From Planctomycetaceae bacterium (GTDB lineage: Bacteria; Planctomycetota; Phycisphaerae; Sedimentisphaerales; Anaerohalosphaeraceae), in assembly GCA_021372945.1 (NCBI GenBank), contig JAJFTK010000139.1, positions 53,970 through 117,969 of the forward strand: a stretch of DNA of 64,000 nt, given 5' to 3'. The translations under genes were made by a program, and so were the position numbers. Of the stretch, positions 18,475 through 27,794 are shown piece after piece. Position 1 is the stretch's first letter. Each line of letters begins with the position of its first letter. A model generated the notes under the pieces. That model did not search any database and was not told the origin of the DNA. It saw only the letters and a program-made list of their open reading frames with translations.

Positions 18475-19287
18475 ATGAAGCTGTCCCATATTATAGCAGG
18501 CGCGGTCTTGATGCTGGCCGCAACCTGCTGGCCTGCGATGCGGGCCGGCCTGACCCCCGACCCCAACACCTACCTGGTCGACGTCATCAAGCAGATGCAC
18601 GTCGCATGGCCCCGCAACCGCACCATTACGCTGGTCTTCCACGGCCACAGCGTGCCGGCCGGCTACTTTCGAACACCCGTAGTGAACACCTTCAACGCCT
18701 ACCCCCACCTGCTGCACCGGGTCCTTAAGGAACGCTACCCCAACGCCGTCATCAATGTCATTGTCACAGCGATTGGCGGCGAAAACTCCGAGGCGGGCGC
18801 CAAACGCTTTGAGAAGGACGTTCTCAGTCTGCACCCCGATGTCGTCATGATCGATTACGGCATCAACGACCGCAGGCTGACCGCCAGGGAATCCTCGAAT
18901 GCATGGTCATCCATGATCAACAAAGCAAAGGAGGCCAATGTCCCCGTGATCCTGCTGACCCCTACCGGTGTTGAGGGCGTCGATCCGCGCGATTCGCAGG
19001 ACTCGCTGTTCAAGCAGGCCCAGCAGATCCGCCGACTGGCGTTCATGAACGAAGTGGGCCTTGCCGACAGCTACCAGGCGTTCGCACGCTACATCCGCTC
19101 CGGCGGCAAAATGGAGGATCTGCTCTCGCAGATAAATCACCCCAACCGCAAGGGCCACGAACTGGTCGCCGCCGAATTGGCCAAGTGGTTCGGCCGCGGG
19201 GAGGCGCCGGCGGAACCGGCCCAGGAGGAATCGCAACCGGCAGCGCCGCAGGAATCTGAACAGCCCTCCGCGGATCCAAATCAATAG
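18475..19287 (+). CDS. secreted SGNH/GDSL-type hydrolase
   Basis: Signal peptide MKLSHIIAGAVLMLAATCWP. LVFHGHSVPAG (block I), AIGGENS (block II), MIDYGINDRR (block III), then a P/E/Q-rich tail. Confidence 0.8.
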   Translation: MKLSHIIAGAVLMLAATCWPAMRAGLTPDPNTYLVDVIKQMHVAWPRNRTITLVFHGHSVPAGYFRTPVVNTFNAYPHLLHRVLKERYPNAVINVIVTAIGGENSEAGAKRFEKDVLSLHPDVVMIDYGINDRRLTARESSNAWSSMINKAKEANVPVILLTPTGVEGVDPRDSQDSLFKQAQQIRRLAFMNEVGLADSYQAFARYIRSGGKMEDLLSQINHPNRKGHELVAAELAKWFGRGEAPAEPAQEESQPAAPQESEQPSADPNQ

Positions 19288-19772
19288 TGCGCGCCTACCT
19301 GGACATCGAGACGACGGGCTTCAGCTCCGAATACTGCGACATCTCCGTGATCGGCATCGCCGTTGAAAACGCAGGCGCTGTCACGCTCCGCCAGTTGATC
19401 GGCCCCGGCATCACCGACCTCGCCCTCATGGAGGCCCTTTCCGGCATCAGCCGGCTCTACACCTACAACGGCACCTGCTTCGACCTGCCCTTTATCCGCA
19501 AAAAGCTCAAGCTGGATCTCAAGAAATCCATCCCGCACACCGACCTGATGCATGCCTGCCACAAGCAGAATCTCAAGGGCGGCCTCAAGGCCGTTGAGCA
19601 TAAACTTGGCATCAGCCGCCTATCTGCCGGCGTCGATGGCTTCATGGCTGTCCGCCTCTGGTGGGACTATGTCAACAACGCCAACGCCGACTCGCTCAAC
19701 CTGCTGCTTACCTACAACGCCGAAGACGTCACCAACCTAAAAACCCTCCGCGAAAAACTCGGCATCGAATAA
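19287..19772 (+). CDS. RNase H-like (DEDD, YprB-type) exonuclease domain protein
   Basis: 161 aa. YLDIETTG Exo I motif, YNGTCFDLPF, YNAEDV. GTG start overlapping the SGNH stop (TAGTG). Confidence 0.7.
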   Translation: MRAYLDIETTGFSSEYCDISVIGIAVENAGAVTLRQLIGPGITDLALMEALSGISRLYTYNGTCFDLPFIRKKLKLDLKKSIPHTDLMHACHKQNLKGGLKAVEHKLGISRLSAGVDGFMAVRLWWDYVNNANADSLNLLLTYNAEDVTNLKTLREKLGIE

Positions 19773-19954
19773 CCCCATAATACAAATGTGGAGCCGACCT
19801 GTCCGGCAATTTATCCTATAACGATGAGCTTTTCTTTGGAAAATCTATAGAAAACCGGCAAAGAAGTACAAGTTGCGCCTTTGTATAATAGATATGAGGT
19901 TTGAGACTGCCCCTATAAGGAGACAGATTAAGTCGCAATTCAATCACAGGACCC

Positions 19955-20491
19955 ATGGATAGACAGAATCAGGACAATCCAAATGCAAAATTCGTGGAAC
20001 TGTTGACACCTAATTACTACAAGATCCACAGCTTCATTCTTGCGCTGGTCCCCAACAAGACCGACGCAGAGGATATCCTGCAGTCATCGATCAGCTACAT
20101 GTGGGAACATATCGCCGATTTCAAGCAGGGAACCAATTTCCTTTCCTGGGCCTTCACCATCTCGAAGTACCAGGTTTTATCCTATCGCAAAAAGCAGCAG
20201 CGCTCGATCGTGTTCTTTAGTGAAGAAGCTACCCAACTGATCGCCTCTGAGAATCAGGCACTTTCCCGGGAGATCGACGGCCGGCTTGAGGCCCTGGACG
20301 AGTGCATGCAGAAACTTGAGCATCGGGACCTGGCATTCCTGAAGAAGCGTTTCGAGATGAGAACCTCGGCGGCCGATCTGGCGGTTGAATTCAAAACGTC
20401 CGTAAACGTGGTTTATAAACGCCTTGCCCAGATCAAGAATATGTTGTTAAGCTGCATTCACAAAGCGATGGCTGCTGGAGAGGCATCATGA
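19955..20491 (+). CDS. ECF-type RNA polymerase sigma factor
   Basis: 178 aa. Region 2 (DAEDILQSSISYMWEH...FLSWAFTISKYQVLSYRK) and region 4 HTH (SAADLAVEFKTSVNVVYKRLAQIK). ATGA overlap with the next gene. Confidence 0.9.
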   Translation: MDRQNQDNPNAKFVELLTPNYYKIHSFILALVPNKTDAEDILQSSISYMWEHIADFKQGTNFLSWAFTISKYQVLSYRKKQQRSIVFFSEEATQLIASENQALSREIDGRLEALDECMQKLEHRDLAFLKKRFEMRTSAADLAVEFKTSVNVVYKRLAQIKNMLLSCIHKAMAAGEAS

Positions 20492-22140
20492 ATTCATCGG
20501 CAAGAGATTTCAGGCGAGTCAATGAATTGATCGAGTTCTCGCTTGAGGGCTCGATCGCTCCGGAGCAATACCAGCAATTGAACGACTGGATCGTCAGCGA
20601 TCCGGCCATTCGGCGCCACTACTGCGAATATATCCAGTTGACCGTGGGCATCGAACGGCTCAGCGCCAACATCTCGGCGGCGGATCTGCCGCAGTATGAC
20701 TCCATCTGTGACCTCGAATTATGGGATCAGCTTGCCCATCAGGAGAAAACAGCGCCGGAACTGGCGTCTCCGCCGCAACCGCACGAGCTGATCCGAAAGG
20801 TCGTCTATCCCCCGCGAGAGAAACGCAAGATCAGTAAATTCAATGTTTTCATCCTTTTGAATGCGGCGGCCGTTCTCATGATTGTTCTGTTTGCCCGGTT
20901 CGTGACGCCGCAAGCGGGCTTGCCGGTGGCCACCCTGACCGAAAGCGTCAATGCCAAATGGGCCGACGCCGAACACATGGTCAAGGGGCAGCGTTTCGTC
21001 ACCGGCAGTACAAATCTCCTGCTGCGCGAAGGCTGTGCCGAACTGCTGTTTGACAACAACGCCCGGGTCACCATCGAAGCTCCCGCCGAATTTCAGATCC
21101 TTACAGACGATCAGATCAAATTGAATTATGGCCGCGTTTATGCCGTCGTACCCGATCAGGCTTACGGTTTCACGATTTCCACGTCCAACGGCAAGATCAT
21201 TGACCTGGGCACGGAATTCGGGGTGCAGCGCAATCCCTACGGAGACACGGAACTGCATGTCCTCAAGGGCCGCACAAATCTCATCGCCAATACGCAAGGA
21301 CGCAAAATCAATATTTCGGTGACCGAAGGCGCTGCTCGAAAGTTGGTGGGCTCAACCGGCGAAGTGAGAAGCATCGTTTTGCAGAATGACCTTTTTGTGC
21401 GCAAGATCGATTCTGAAAGCAGCCTGATGTGGCAGGGCCAGATGTACTTCAGCCTGGCCGACGCGGTTGGCGGCGGCAGCGGCTTTGGGAGCGGCGGCTC
21501 GGCGCGGATGATCGATCCGGCTTCCGGCAGGAGCACCAAAGAGGACGCCGGAACACGTGCGTCCACCAATGACTATCGCCCGATCGCCTCCAATCTGTGC
21601 ATTGACGGCGTCTTTGTCCCCAATGGCAGCACATCGCAGATCGTGAGCTCGCAAGGACATCTGTTCGAGCAATGCCCTGTGACCAACGGGTTATGCTGCG
21701 AAGAAATTAAAGCGGTGACCACGATGGATTTCGATGTGGTTCCCGACCCCAATATCGCGAACGTGCAGATGCGATGTTTGTTCCTGCACGCGAATATGGG
21801 CATCACGTTTGACCTGGACGCCGTGCGCAAAGTGCTGCCGGACGTAAGCCCTGTGCGGTTCCAGTCCAAGTGCGGGATTCGAAAGTGGGCGCTGCGGCCG
21901 ACGGCGAGCAACGCGGATTTCTGGGTTCTGGTCGATGGCAAAGTGCGCTTTAAACGAGAACACGTCAAGATCGGCCAGATTCATTCAATCGACATCGAAC
22001 TATCGCAGAACGATCGTTTTCTGACGCTTGTGGAAACCGACGGCGGCGACCCGCAAAGCCGAACGTTGAATGGCGTGGTGCTATCCGCCAATGACAGCGA
22101 CTGGGGCTATTTCGCCGATCCGCTCCTGGTGTTGAAATGA
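20488..22140 (+). CDS. FecR-family anti-sigma factor with a C-terminal NPCBM/NEW2-like module
   Basis: 550 aa: cytoplasmic anti-sigma N-domain, one TM (FNVFILLNAAAVLMIVLFARFV), and a FecR domain (...IIDLGTEFGVQRNPYGDTELHVLKGR). The C-terminal ~170 aa (FLHANMGITFDLDAV...FWVLVDGKV...RFLTLVETDGGD...DWGYFADP) fits the NPCBM pattern as I recall it. Confidence 0.8.
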   Translation: MNSSARDFRRVNELIEFSLEGSIAPEQYQQLNDWIVSDPAIRRHYCEYIQLTVGIERLSANISAADLPQYDSICDLELWDQLAHQEKTAPELASPPQPHELIRKVVYPPREKRKISKFNVFILLNAAAVLMIVLFARFVTPQAGLPVATLTESVNAKWADAEHMVKGQRFVTGSTNLLLREGCAELLFDNNARVTIEAPAEFQILTDDQIKLNYGRVYAVVPDQAYGFTISTSNGKIIDLGTEFGVQRNPYGDTELHVLKGRTNLIANTQGRKINISVTEGAARKLVGSTGEVRSIVLQNDLFVRKIDSESSLMWQGQMYFSLADAVGGGSGFGSGGSARMIDPASGRSTKEDAGTRASTNDYRPIASNLCIDGVFVPNGSTSQIVSSQGHLFEQCPVTNGLCCEEIKAVTTMDFDVVPDPNIANVQMRCLFLHANMGITFDLDAVRKVLPDVSPVRFQSKCGIRKWALRPTASNADFWVLVDGKVRFKREHVKIGQIHSIDIELSQNDRFLTLVETDGGDPQSRTLNGVVLSANDSDWGYFADPLLVLK

Positions 22141-22204
22141 TCGCAGTTTGTTACAGATCAGGAGGCGTAATCCTGATACTAAATTTTATTCTAAAGGAGA
22201 TAAG

Positions 22205-24277
22205 ATGATGAGAACTGTAATGTATTTATTATGTGTGGCATCGGTAGCGGCCATGTCCTCGGCGGCCGTTACGTACGTGGACGCCGTTTTCGCAACCGGC
22301 CACGGCGGCACGCCTAACACCTTTCTTGCAGACGGCGGCGCTGCGGTACCCACCAGCACGGGAGACACGGTGGATGGCCTGTGGCGCTATCGCACAGGAT
22401 TTGGCATTGCTCCGGGTACTGCCATCCAGCCGACCGGCACTATAACGCTGACCTCGTCCTGCACAGTCTATGAAGGCACCGGCAACAGCAGTCCGTCGGA
22501 CAATGTTCCGCGGGTCGTGACTACCGCAAGCGTGCCGTCGGGCGCCTATGATGTTTATGTCTATTTCTGGATCGACCAGAGCGGCAGCCCCTGGCGGATT
22601 CGGGCAGGCCTGGTCAACACCGTCGAGCCGCTGGAGTTGTTCACCGGCAGCAACACGTTTACGGCTGACAGTGAGCCTATCGCCTGGGTGGCTTCAGACA
22701 GCGGCGGCCCCCGAAGACTCATGCGGGCCTACCTCGGCCAAGCGAGCGGCACGTCGATCAGCGTTTATGTGGAAGATGCTCCGGCAACAAACGGCAACGA
22801 ACGTACCTGGTATGACGGCATCGGTTATACAAAGGTCTATAATGTGCCGAATTCGCCGTCCGTTACGCCGGTCAATATCGACGGAAGCGTCGGTACGCTG
22901 CTCAACGATACCGAGGCCGAAGTTACATTGCAGTTCAATGCAGGCGCCGACCCCAACAATGCCGTGAACCCCAAAATCAAGAAGCATTATGTTTATCTGT
23001 CGGCCGCAAATGACGCTAATTTGCCGGCCGCACCGACATTTACGATCGACCAGATCGGGACCGACCCGGCCATTTCGATCGGGCCGCTGACATTAAGCGC
23101 AAGCGCCACCTACTACTGGCAGGTTGAAGAAGGCATTACTGATCCAAACGGCGGAGTTTATCCAGCCGGCACTGCCGACAATTATTGGGGACTCGTCTGG
23201 TCCTTCAAAACCGCCAGCCCCGCCTGTACGATCAGTGCGGTCAATCCGCCGCTTGCCGCGGTTCCACAGGGAAGCGCCGCGGTTCTAACAGTCGCAGGTA
23301 CCAACATCACGAATTACCAATGGTACAAGATAGGCTCCCCGGATGTTATGCTGGCCAACGATGGCAAGTACTCCGGCGCAGCCACAGGCGCGCTTACGAT
23401 TACGGACGTTCAGCAATCGGATGAGGGGCTGTATTACTGCGTCGCGAGTAATAGCACAAGCCAGGCTTCCAACCGCGATACCGGGCCGGGTCATGTCATG
23501 ATCGCGCGTCTGGTGAACCACTACCCAATGGAAGTGATCAACAGCGGTGTGACGCCGGATGTTGTCGGCGGCGCCGATATGGTTCTGCATACCAATGGCA
23601 GAGCAATGCCGGCTTTGGCAGCGGGTGTGGTGGGAACCAGCGCTCTGAGCCTGGATACTGCGGCGGAACCACTGGGACAATATGGTCAACTTCCGGCCGG
23701 CGTGTGCGATTACCAGGACCTTACGATCAGCGCATGGGTTTACTGGAAAGGCGGCCTTGCCTTCCAGCGTCTTTTTGCCTTTGGCAATGATGATACGCAC
23801 TTTATAGCCTTTAGTCCGAATATTTTCGGTTCATCGGCCACGTTCACCATCATTAATACGAGCGAACAGAACGTGCAAACCTATAGTCAGTTATTGCCGA
23901 GTAATCAGTGGGTCCATGTGGCGGTCTCGCTCAACGGTGACGCGGGACGTTTGTATATCAATGGCGTCAGGGCGGCGGTAAACACCGGCATGACGCACGA
24001 CCCGATTGATTTCAGGCCTTCGCTCAACTATATCGGCAGGAGCCTGGTTGCCGAGCAAGCGTATTTCGACGGCATGATCGACGAACTGAAGATTTACAAC
24101 TATGCCATGACTAACACACAGGTGGCACAAGAATATATCGCCGTCAGGGGCGGATATGTATGCGATGCCGATGGCACCGATTCGTTGACCTACGATTTCA
24201 ACCGCGACTGCCGGGTTGATCTGGCCGACTTTGCTCGGATCGCGACGGATTGGCTCAACGACAACCGTATCTACTAA
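22205..24277 (+). CDS. secreted LamG (concanavalin-like) / Ig-domain protein with a dockerin-like C-terminal tag
   Basis: Start at MMRTVMYLL (AGGAG RBS), with a signal peptide. Ig I-set-like ITNYQWYK...SDEGLYYCVASN. LamG module (ISAWVYWKGG...FDGMIDELKIYNYAMT). C-terminal YDFNRDCRVDLADFARIATDWL. Confidence 0.85.
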   Translation: MMRTVMYLLCVASVAAMSSAAVTYVDAVFATGHGGTPNTFLADGGAAVPTSTGDTVDGLWRYRTGFGIAPGTAIQPTGTITLTSSCTVYEGTGNSSPSDNVPRVVTTASVPSGAYDVYVYFWIDQSGSPWRIRAGLVNTVEPLELFTGSNTFTADSEPIAWVASDSGGPRRLMRAYLGQASGTSISVYVEDAPATNGNERTWYDGIGYTKVYNVPNSPSVTPVNIDGSVGTLLNDTEAEVTLQFNAGADPNNAVNPKIKKHYVYLSAANDANLPAAPTFTIDQIGTDPAISIGPLTLSASATYYWQVEEGITDPNGGVYPAGTADNYWGLVWSFKTASPACTISAVNPPLAAVPQGSAAVLTVAGTNITNYQWYKIGSPDVMLANDGKYSGAATGALTITDVQQSDEGLYYCVASNSTSQASNRDTGPGHVMIARLVNHYPMEVINSGVTPDVVGGADMVLHTNGRAMPALAAGVVGTSALSLDTAAEPLGQYGQLPAGVCDYQDLTISAWVYWKGGLAFQRLFAFGNDDTHFIAFSPNIFGSSATFTIINTSEQNVQTYSQLLPSNQWVHVAVSLNGDAGRLYINGVRAAVNTGMTHDPIDFRPSLNYIGRSLVAEQAYFDGMIDELKIYNYAMTNTQVAQEYIAVRGGYVCDADGTDSLTYDFNRDCRVDLADFARIATDWLNDNRIY

Positions 24278-24333
24278 TGTGACGTTTCAATGCCCTGGTT
24301 TCCGGCGGCTTGCTGCCGGGATTGAGTACAAAA

Positions 24334-24366
24334 AGCGAGGGAGCACGCCTCCCTCGCTTTTGATCT
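24334..24366 (+). terminator. intrinsic terminator between the LamG gene and the glycosidase gene
   Basis: AGCGAGGGAG-cacgc-CTCCCTCGCT (10-bp GC-rich stem) followed by TTTGATCTCTTTTT. An A-run upstream makes it potentially bidirectional. Confidence 0.75.
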
Positions 24367-24385
24367 CTTTTTGGGGAAAGCAGTA

Positions 24386-27300
24386 ATGAGCAAACTCGCT
24401 TGTCTATTCGCTGTAACTCTGCTGGTCGTCATGTCGCCTGGCGCGGCACATTCGCTGAACGTTGATTTTAACGGCAACAGCTATGGTTCCGTGATCGAGC
24501 AAACTCAATCGGGCTTTCAGGTATACAACGCCCGCAACGAAGTGCCCGGCGACTTTGTCGCAAGGCAGTATAGCGCATTTGGCACAACCGTTACGATTAC
24601 TCCATCTTGGGCCGCCGGAGCGACAGCCGCCGCGATGCAGTCGTGGAGTCGCGGCAATAGCTACGGCTATTCAACCGCGCCTGGGGACATGCTCGATCTC
24701 GTGATCGACTGGATCGGAACCGACCAGCGCGAAGTCGGCGACCCCATGACGCTAACCATCAGCGGCCTGCCCGCCGGCGTCTATGAATGGCGCTCCTATC
24801 ACCACGATACCCAAAACCAGACCGGCCATTTCAGTGTAACCGTCAATGACGCCGCCGGTTCGGTCACAATGACCGGCCTGCAGGTTTCCAGCTCGCAATC
24901 ACTGTCGGACGTTACATTGGCGGATGTGACAAAATTTGATACCACGATTACCTCCGACGGCGTCAACCCTGTCACGTTAGTTTTTGAAGCCACCGATGCG
25001 CCCAACTACAACACCATGTTCGTGATGAATGGTTTTGAGATCGCCAATGGCATTTCATATGCGTGGCGATCCGGCGCGGCCTTGCGGCGTCCCGTCTGTG
25101 CCGCACAGCCCATGTGGCTGATTCATATCGATACCTGGAACTACGCCGACCCGCAAAAGATCATCGCACTGATCCCGCCGGACATTCGCCCCTATGTCGT
25201 GATGAATATTGGGCTCTCGATCAGTCATGATGAGACGACAAGCCGGTTCCAGGTTGCCGAGTATGGCAGCGAGATCGCCAAATCGTGGCTCAGGGCCTGC
25301 GCCGAGAACCGCATGTGGGCCATTGTCCAGCCCTCCAGCGGCGGATTCAGTCAATTCTCGGATTTCGATCTGTCCATTTATGAAGAGTTTTACCGCGACT
25401 ATCCCAACATGATCGGCTTTAATTACTGTGAGCAATTCTGGGGGTACGACAGCACCACGGATCCGCTTTCGGCCAAATGGGCGGACCGTATCGCTCATTT
25501 CGCCAACCTGTTGAAACTCAGTGATCGTTACGGCGGATATCTCGTGGTCTCCTGGTGCGGAAATCAGTGGTCCCCCAACATCAACCCGATTGCCATGCTC
25601 AAACGCAATCCCGCGTTTGCGGCTGCGTGCCGGCAATATACCGATAACTATATCCTCTGCGAGAAATACACCCAGCAGTCCTATATTTCTGACATGGAGA
25701 GTCTCTGCCTCGGCACCTGGCTGTCGGGCTATAGCGGCCAATACGGTATCCGCTACGATGATACCGGGTGGACGGATGCTAGCGGGGAACATGCCAACTT
25801 TACGATGGCAACCTACGGCGCGCCGTTTCTTGAACATGTCATGCTGACCGGAATGACCGTGATCGACGCCCCTGAATTGATTTGGACGCAGTGTTTCAGA
25901 GAAATCAGCGCCGGCTCGACATCCAATGGCTATACCATGCGCAGGTGGGAAACGTTCCCGCAGTTTGACAACGTCAGCGTCGATCTTTTCCGCAAGATCC
26001 TCGATGGCACGGTCCGCATCCCAACCCGCAGGGAGGTCATCGACCGCACAAAGATCGCCATCATCAACAACATCAATTCAGGCAGTATTGACGACATCTA
26101 CAGTTCGCCTGAGACGCTATTTGAGGGTCTCTATCGCATGGACGGCGACGGCAATCTGAGATACAATAAAACGTTCTTCAAAAAAACGGGCCGCTATCCG
26201 ACGATACCGACCGTCTATCAATTGGACGATGCCGATGCTCAATCGTTCCAGGTGCAGGTGAACAAATCCGCCTACTCGACCCGTTGGCCGAGCACATCTG
26301 CTAAAGTGACTGAACTGAATAATTTGTTCCCGGAAGAATACACCGGCGACATTTACGCGAGCCGCCACGAGAACGCCTGGGTCACCTACAACCCGTACAA
26401 GACCGGCCAGACGGCAAGCGGTTCTATTCCATTCAAATACAATACCTGTGACCGCATGGAGCTGACGTATTCGCAATATACCGCCGGAGTGATCAAAGAA
26501 TATGCCGACCGCGTGACATTCTATCTGAGCAATTACGACAACGTTATCGATACCAGCCTCAAGACCGACACGATCATCATTCACGGCTGTACCTCTGAGC
26601 CGACGTACTCTTATGCAGACAGAGCAAGCCATCAGGCCAGCATTGTGACCGGCAATTGGGATGGCGGCGTTTTTACATTGACCGTTCGGCACAACGGCCC
26701 GCTCGATATCACCGTCAATTGTGGTGGAACGGCGACGGGACGCTTGACCGATTATACCACGGCCGTCCTTGCCGCCCCTGCCGCACCTTTGACCTATACG
26801 GGTCCGCTTCAGTACGAAGCCGAGTGCTTCGATTACAGAAACATCGCAGGTATCGTCAAAGGCGGGTACCCTGAACCCGTCCGCAATTACACCGGCCAGG
26901 GCTATCTGCAATTTGGAACCAATTCAGCCGCCGCGGTCCGAGATACCGTTACGGTTCCCAAGACCGGCACCTATCGTCTCGAAACCAGGTACGCCGTCAT
27001 CGGCACAGATATTACAGCCATCGACCTGTACGTAAACGGAACGCGCGTTTGCGCGCCTGTCTTTTCACAGACCCCGACGCTTAGCGACTGGGCCGTCAAC
27101 CAGGAAAACATAATATTGACCGCGGGCGCCAATACCATTGAATTCAGAGCAATCGCCGCGGCGCCAAGTTCTATCTATTTTGACAATATCGTTGCAGTTC
27201 CCTCAGTGCATGGCGAAGGCATGATCATTCAGGAAGGCCAAAATGGCTTTGCCGGCCTGGATGGCACGATAGAAAATACGTATGCCGGCTATACGGGAAG

Positions 27301-27775
27301 CGGCTACGCCAATCCGGACGAATCCGTTGGCTCCGGCGTAAACTGGCGCGCCGATCTTGACTCTTCGGCAGTTAAAGCGTTCACTTTCAGATACGCCTGT
27401 GCCGACAACAGGACCGCGGACCTGATTGTCAATGGCGAAATTGTCGCAGCTCAAATCCAATTCCCCTCAACCGGTTCCTGGTCGGCCTGGGATTTCGTCA
27501 CGGTGTACGCGAGTACAGACTCCGGCGTTTCCGGCGTGCGGCTCCAATCAAGCTTGGAGGCGGGTCTGCCCAATATTGATTACATCGAGCTGACCGGCGT
27601 CCTTCTTTACGGTGACATGAATCGCAACGGTATCGTAAACAGCGATGACCTGCCCGAATTCGCCGCCTCGTGGCTGGAAGAAAATGGCGAGCTGGACTTG
27701 AACGCGGACGGCCTGATTAACATGCACGAATTCACGCAGTTCGCGGCCAACTGGCTGGCTGCTTCAACGCACTGA
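24386..27775 (+). CDS. large secreted glycoside hydrolase-like protein (TIM-barrel core, possibly GH98-like) with two CBM6/35-like modules and a two-repeat dockerin
   Basis: Signal peptide MSKLACLFAVTLLVVMSPGAAHS. Core WLIHIDTWNYADP...MIGFNYCEQFWGYD. Two CBM-like modules (YEAECFDY...GQGYLQFG...NTIEF and GYTGSGYANP...IDYIELTG). Dockerin GDMNRNGIVNSDD...DLNADGLINMHEF. The GH family assignment is tentative. Confidence 0.75.
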   Translation: MSKLACLFAVTLLVVMSPGAAHSLNVDFNGNSYGSVIEQTQSGFQVYNARNEVPGDFVARQYSAFGTTVTITPSWAAGATAAAMQSWSRGNSYGYSTAPGDMLDLVIDWIGTDQREVGDPMTLTISGLPAGVYEWRSYHHDTQNQTGHFSVTVNDAAGSVTMTGLQVSSSQSLSDVTLADVTKFDTTITSDGVNPVTLVFEATDAPNYNTMFVMNGFEIANGISYAWRSGAALRRPVCAAQPMWLIHIDTWNYADPQKIIALIPPDIRPYVVMNIGLSISHDETTSRFQVAEYGSEIAKSWLRACAENRMWAIVQPSSGGFSQFSDFDLSIYEEFYRDYPNMIGFNYCEQFWGYDSTTDPLSAKWADRIAHFANLLKLSDRYGGYLVVSWCGNQWSPNINPIAMLKRNPAFAAACRQYTDNYILCEKYTQQSYISDMESLCLGTWLSGYSGQYGIRYDDTGWTDASGEHANFTMATYGAPFLEHVMLTGMTVIDAPELIWTQCFREISAGSTSNGYTMRRWETFPQFDNVSVDLFRKILDGTVRIPTRREVIDRTKIAIINNINSGSIDDIYSSPETLFEGLYRMDGDGNLRYNKTFFKKTGRYPTIPTVYQLDDADAQSFQVQVNKSAYSTRWPSTSAKVTELNNLFPEEYTGDIYASRHENAWVTYNPYKTGQTASGSIPFKYNTCDRMELTYSQYTAGVIKEYADRVTFYLSNYDNVIDTSLKTDTIIIHGCTSEPTYSYADRASHQASIVTGNWDGGVFTLTVRHNGPLDITVNCGGTATGRLTDYTTAVLAAPAAPLTYTGPLQYEAECFDYRNIAGIVKGGYPEPVRNYTGQGYLQFGTNSAAAVRDTVTVPKTGTYRLETRYAVIGTDITAIDLYVNGTRVCAPVFSQTPTLSDWAVNQENIILTAGANTIEFRAIAAAPSSIYFDNIVAVPSVHGEGMIIQEGQNGFAGLDGTIENTYAGYTGSGYANPDESVGSGVNWRADLDSSAVKAFTFRYACADNRTADLIVNGEIVAAQIQFPSTGSWSAWDFVTVYASTDSGVSGVRLQSSLEAGLPNIDYIELTGVLLYGDMNRNGIVNSDDLPEFAASWLEENGELDLNADGLINMHEFTQFAANWLAASTH

Positions 27776-27794
27776 TCTCTGCGTCCTGGTTGAG

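Noticed and set aside
22157-22177. ATCAGGA-n7-TCCTGAT hairpin between the anti-sigma and LamG genes, considered as a terminator or attenuator
   Set aside because: The stem is only 7 bp with a mixed A/T-rich tail, and it lies 30 nt from the next start codon. This is too weak to call.
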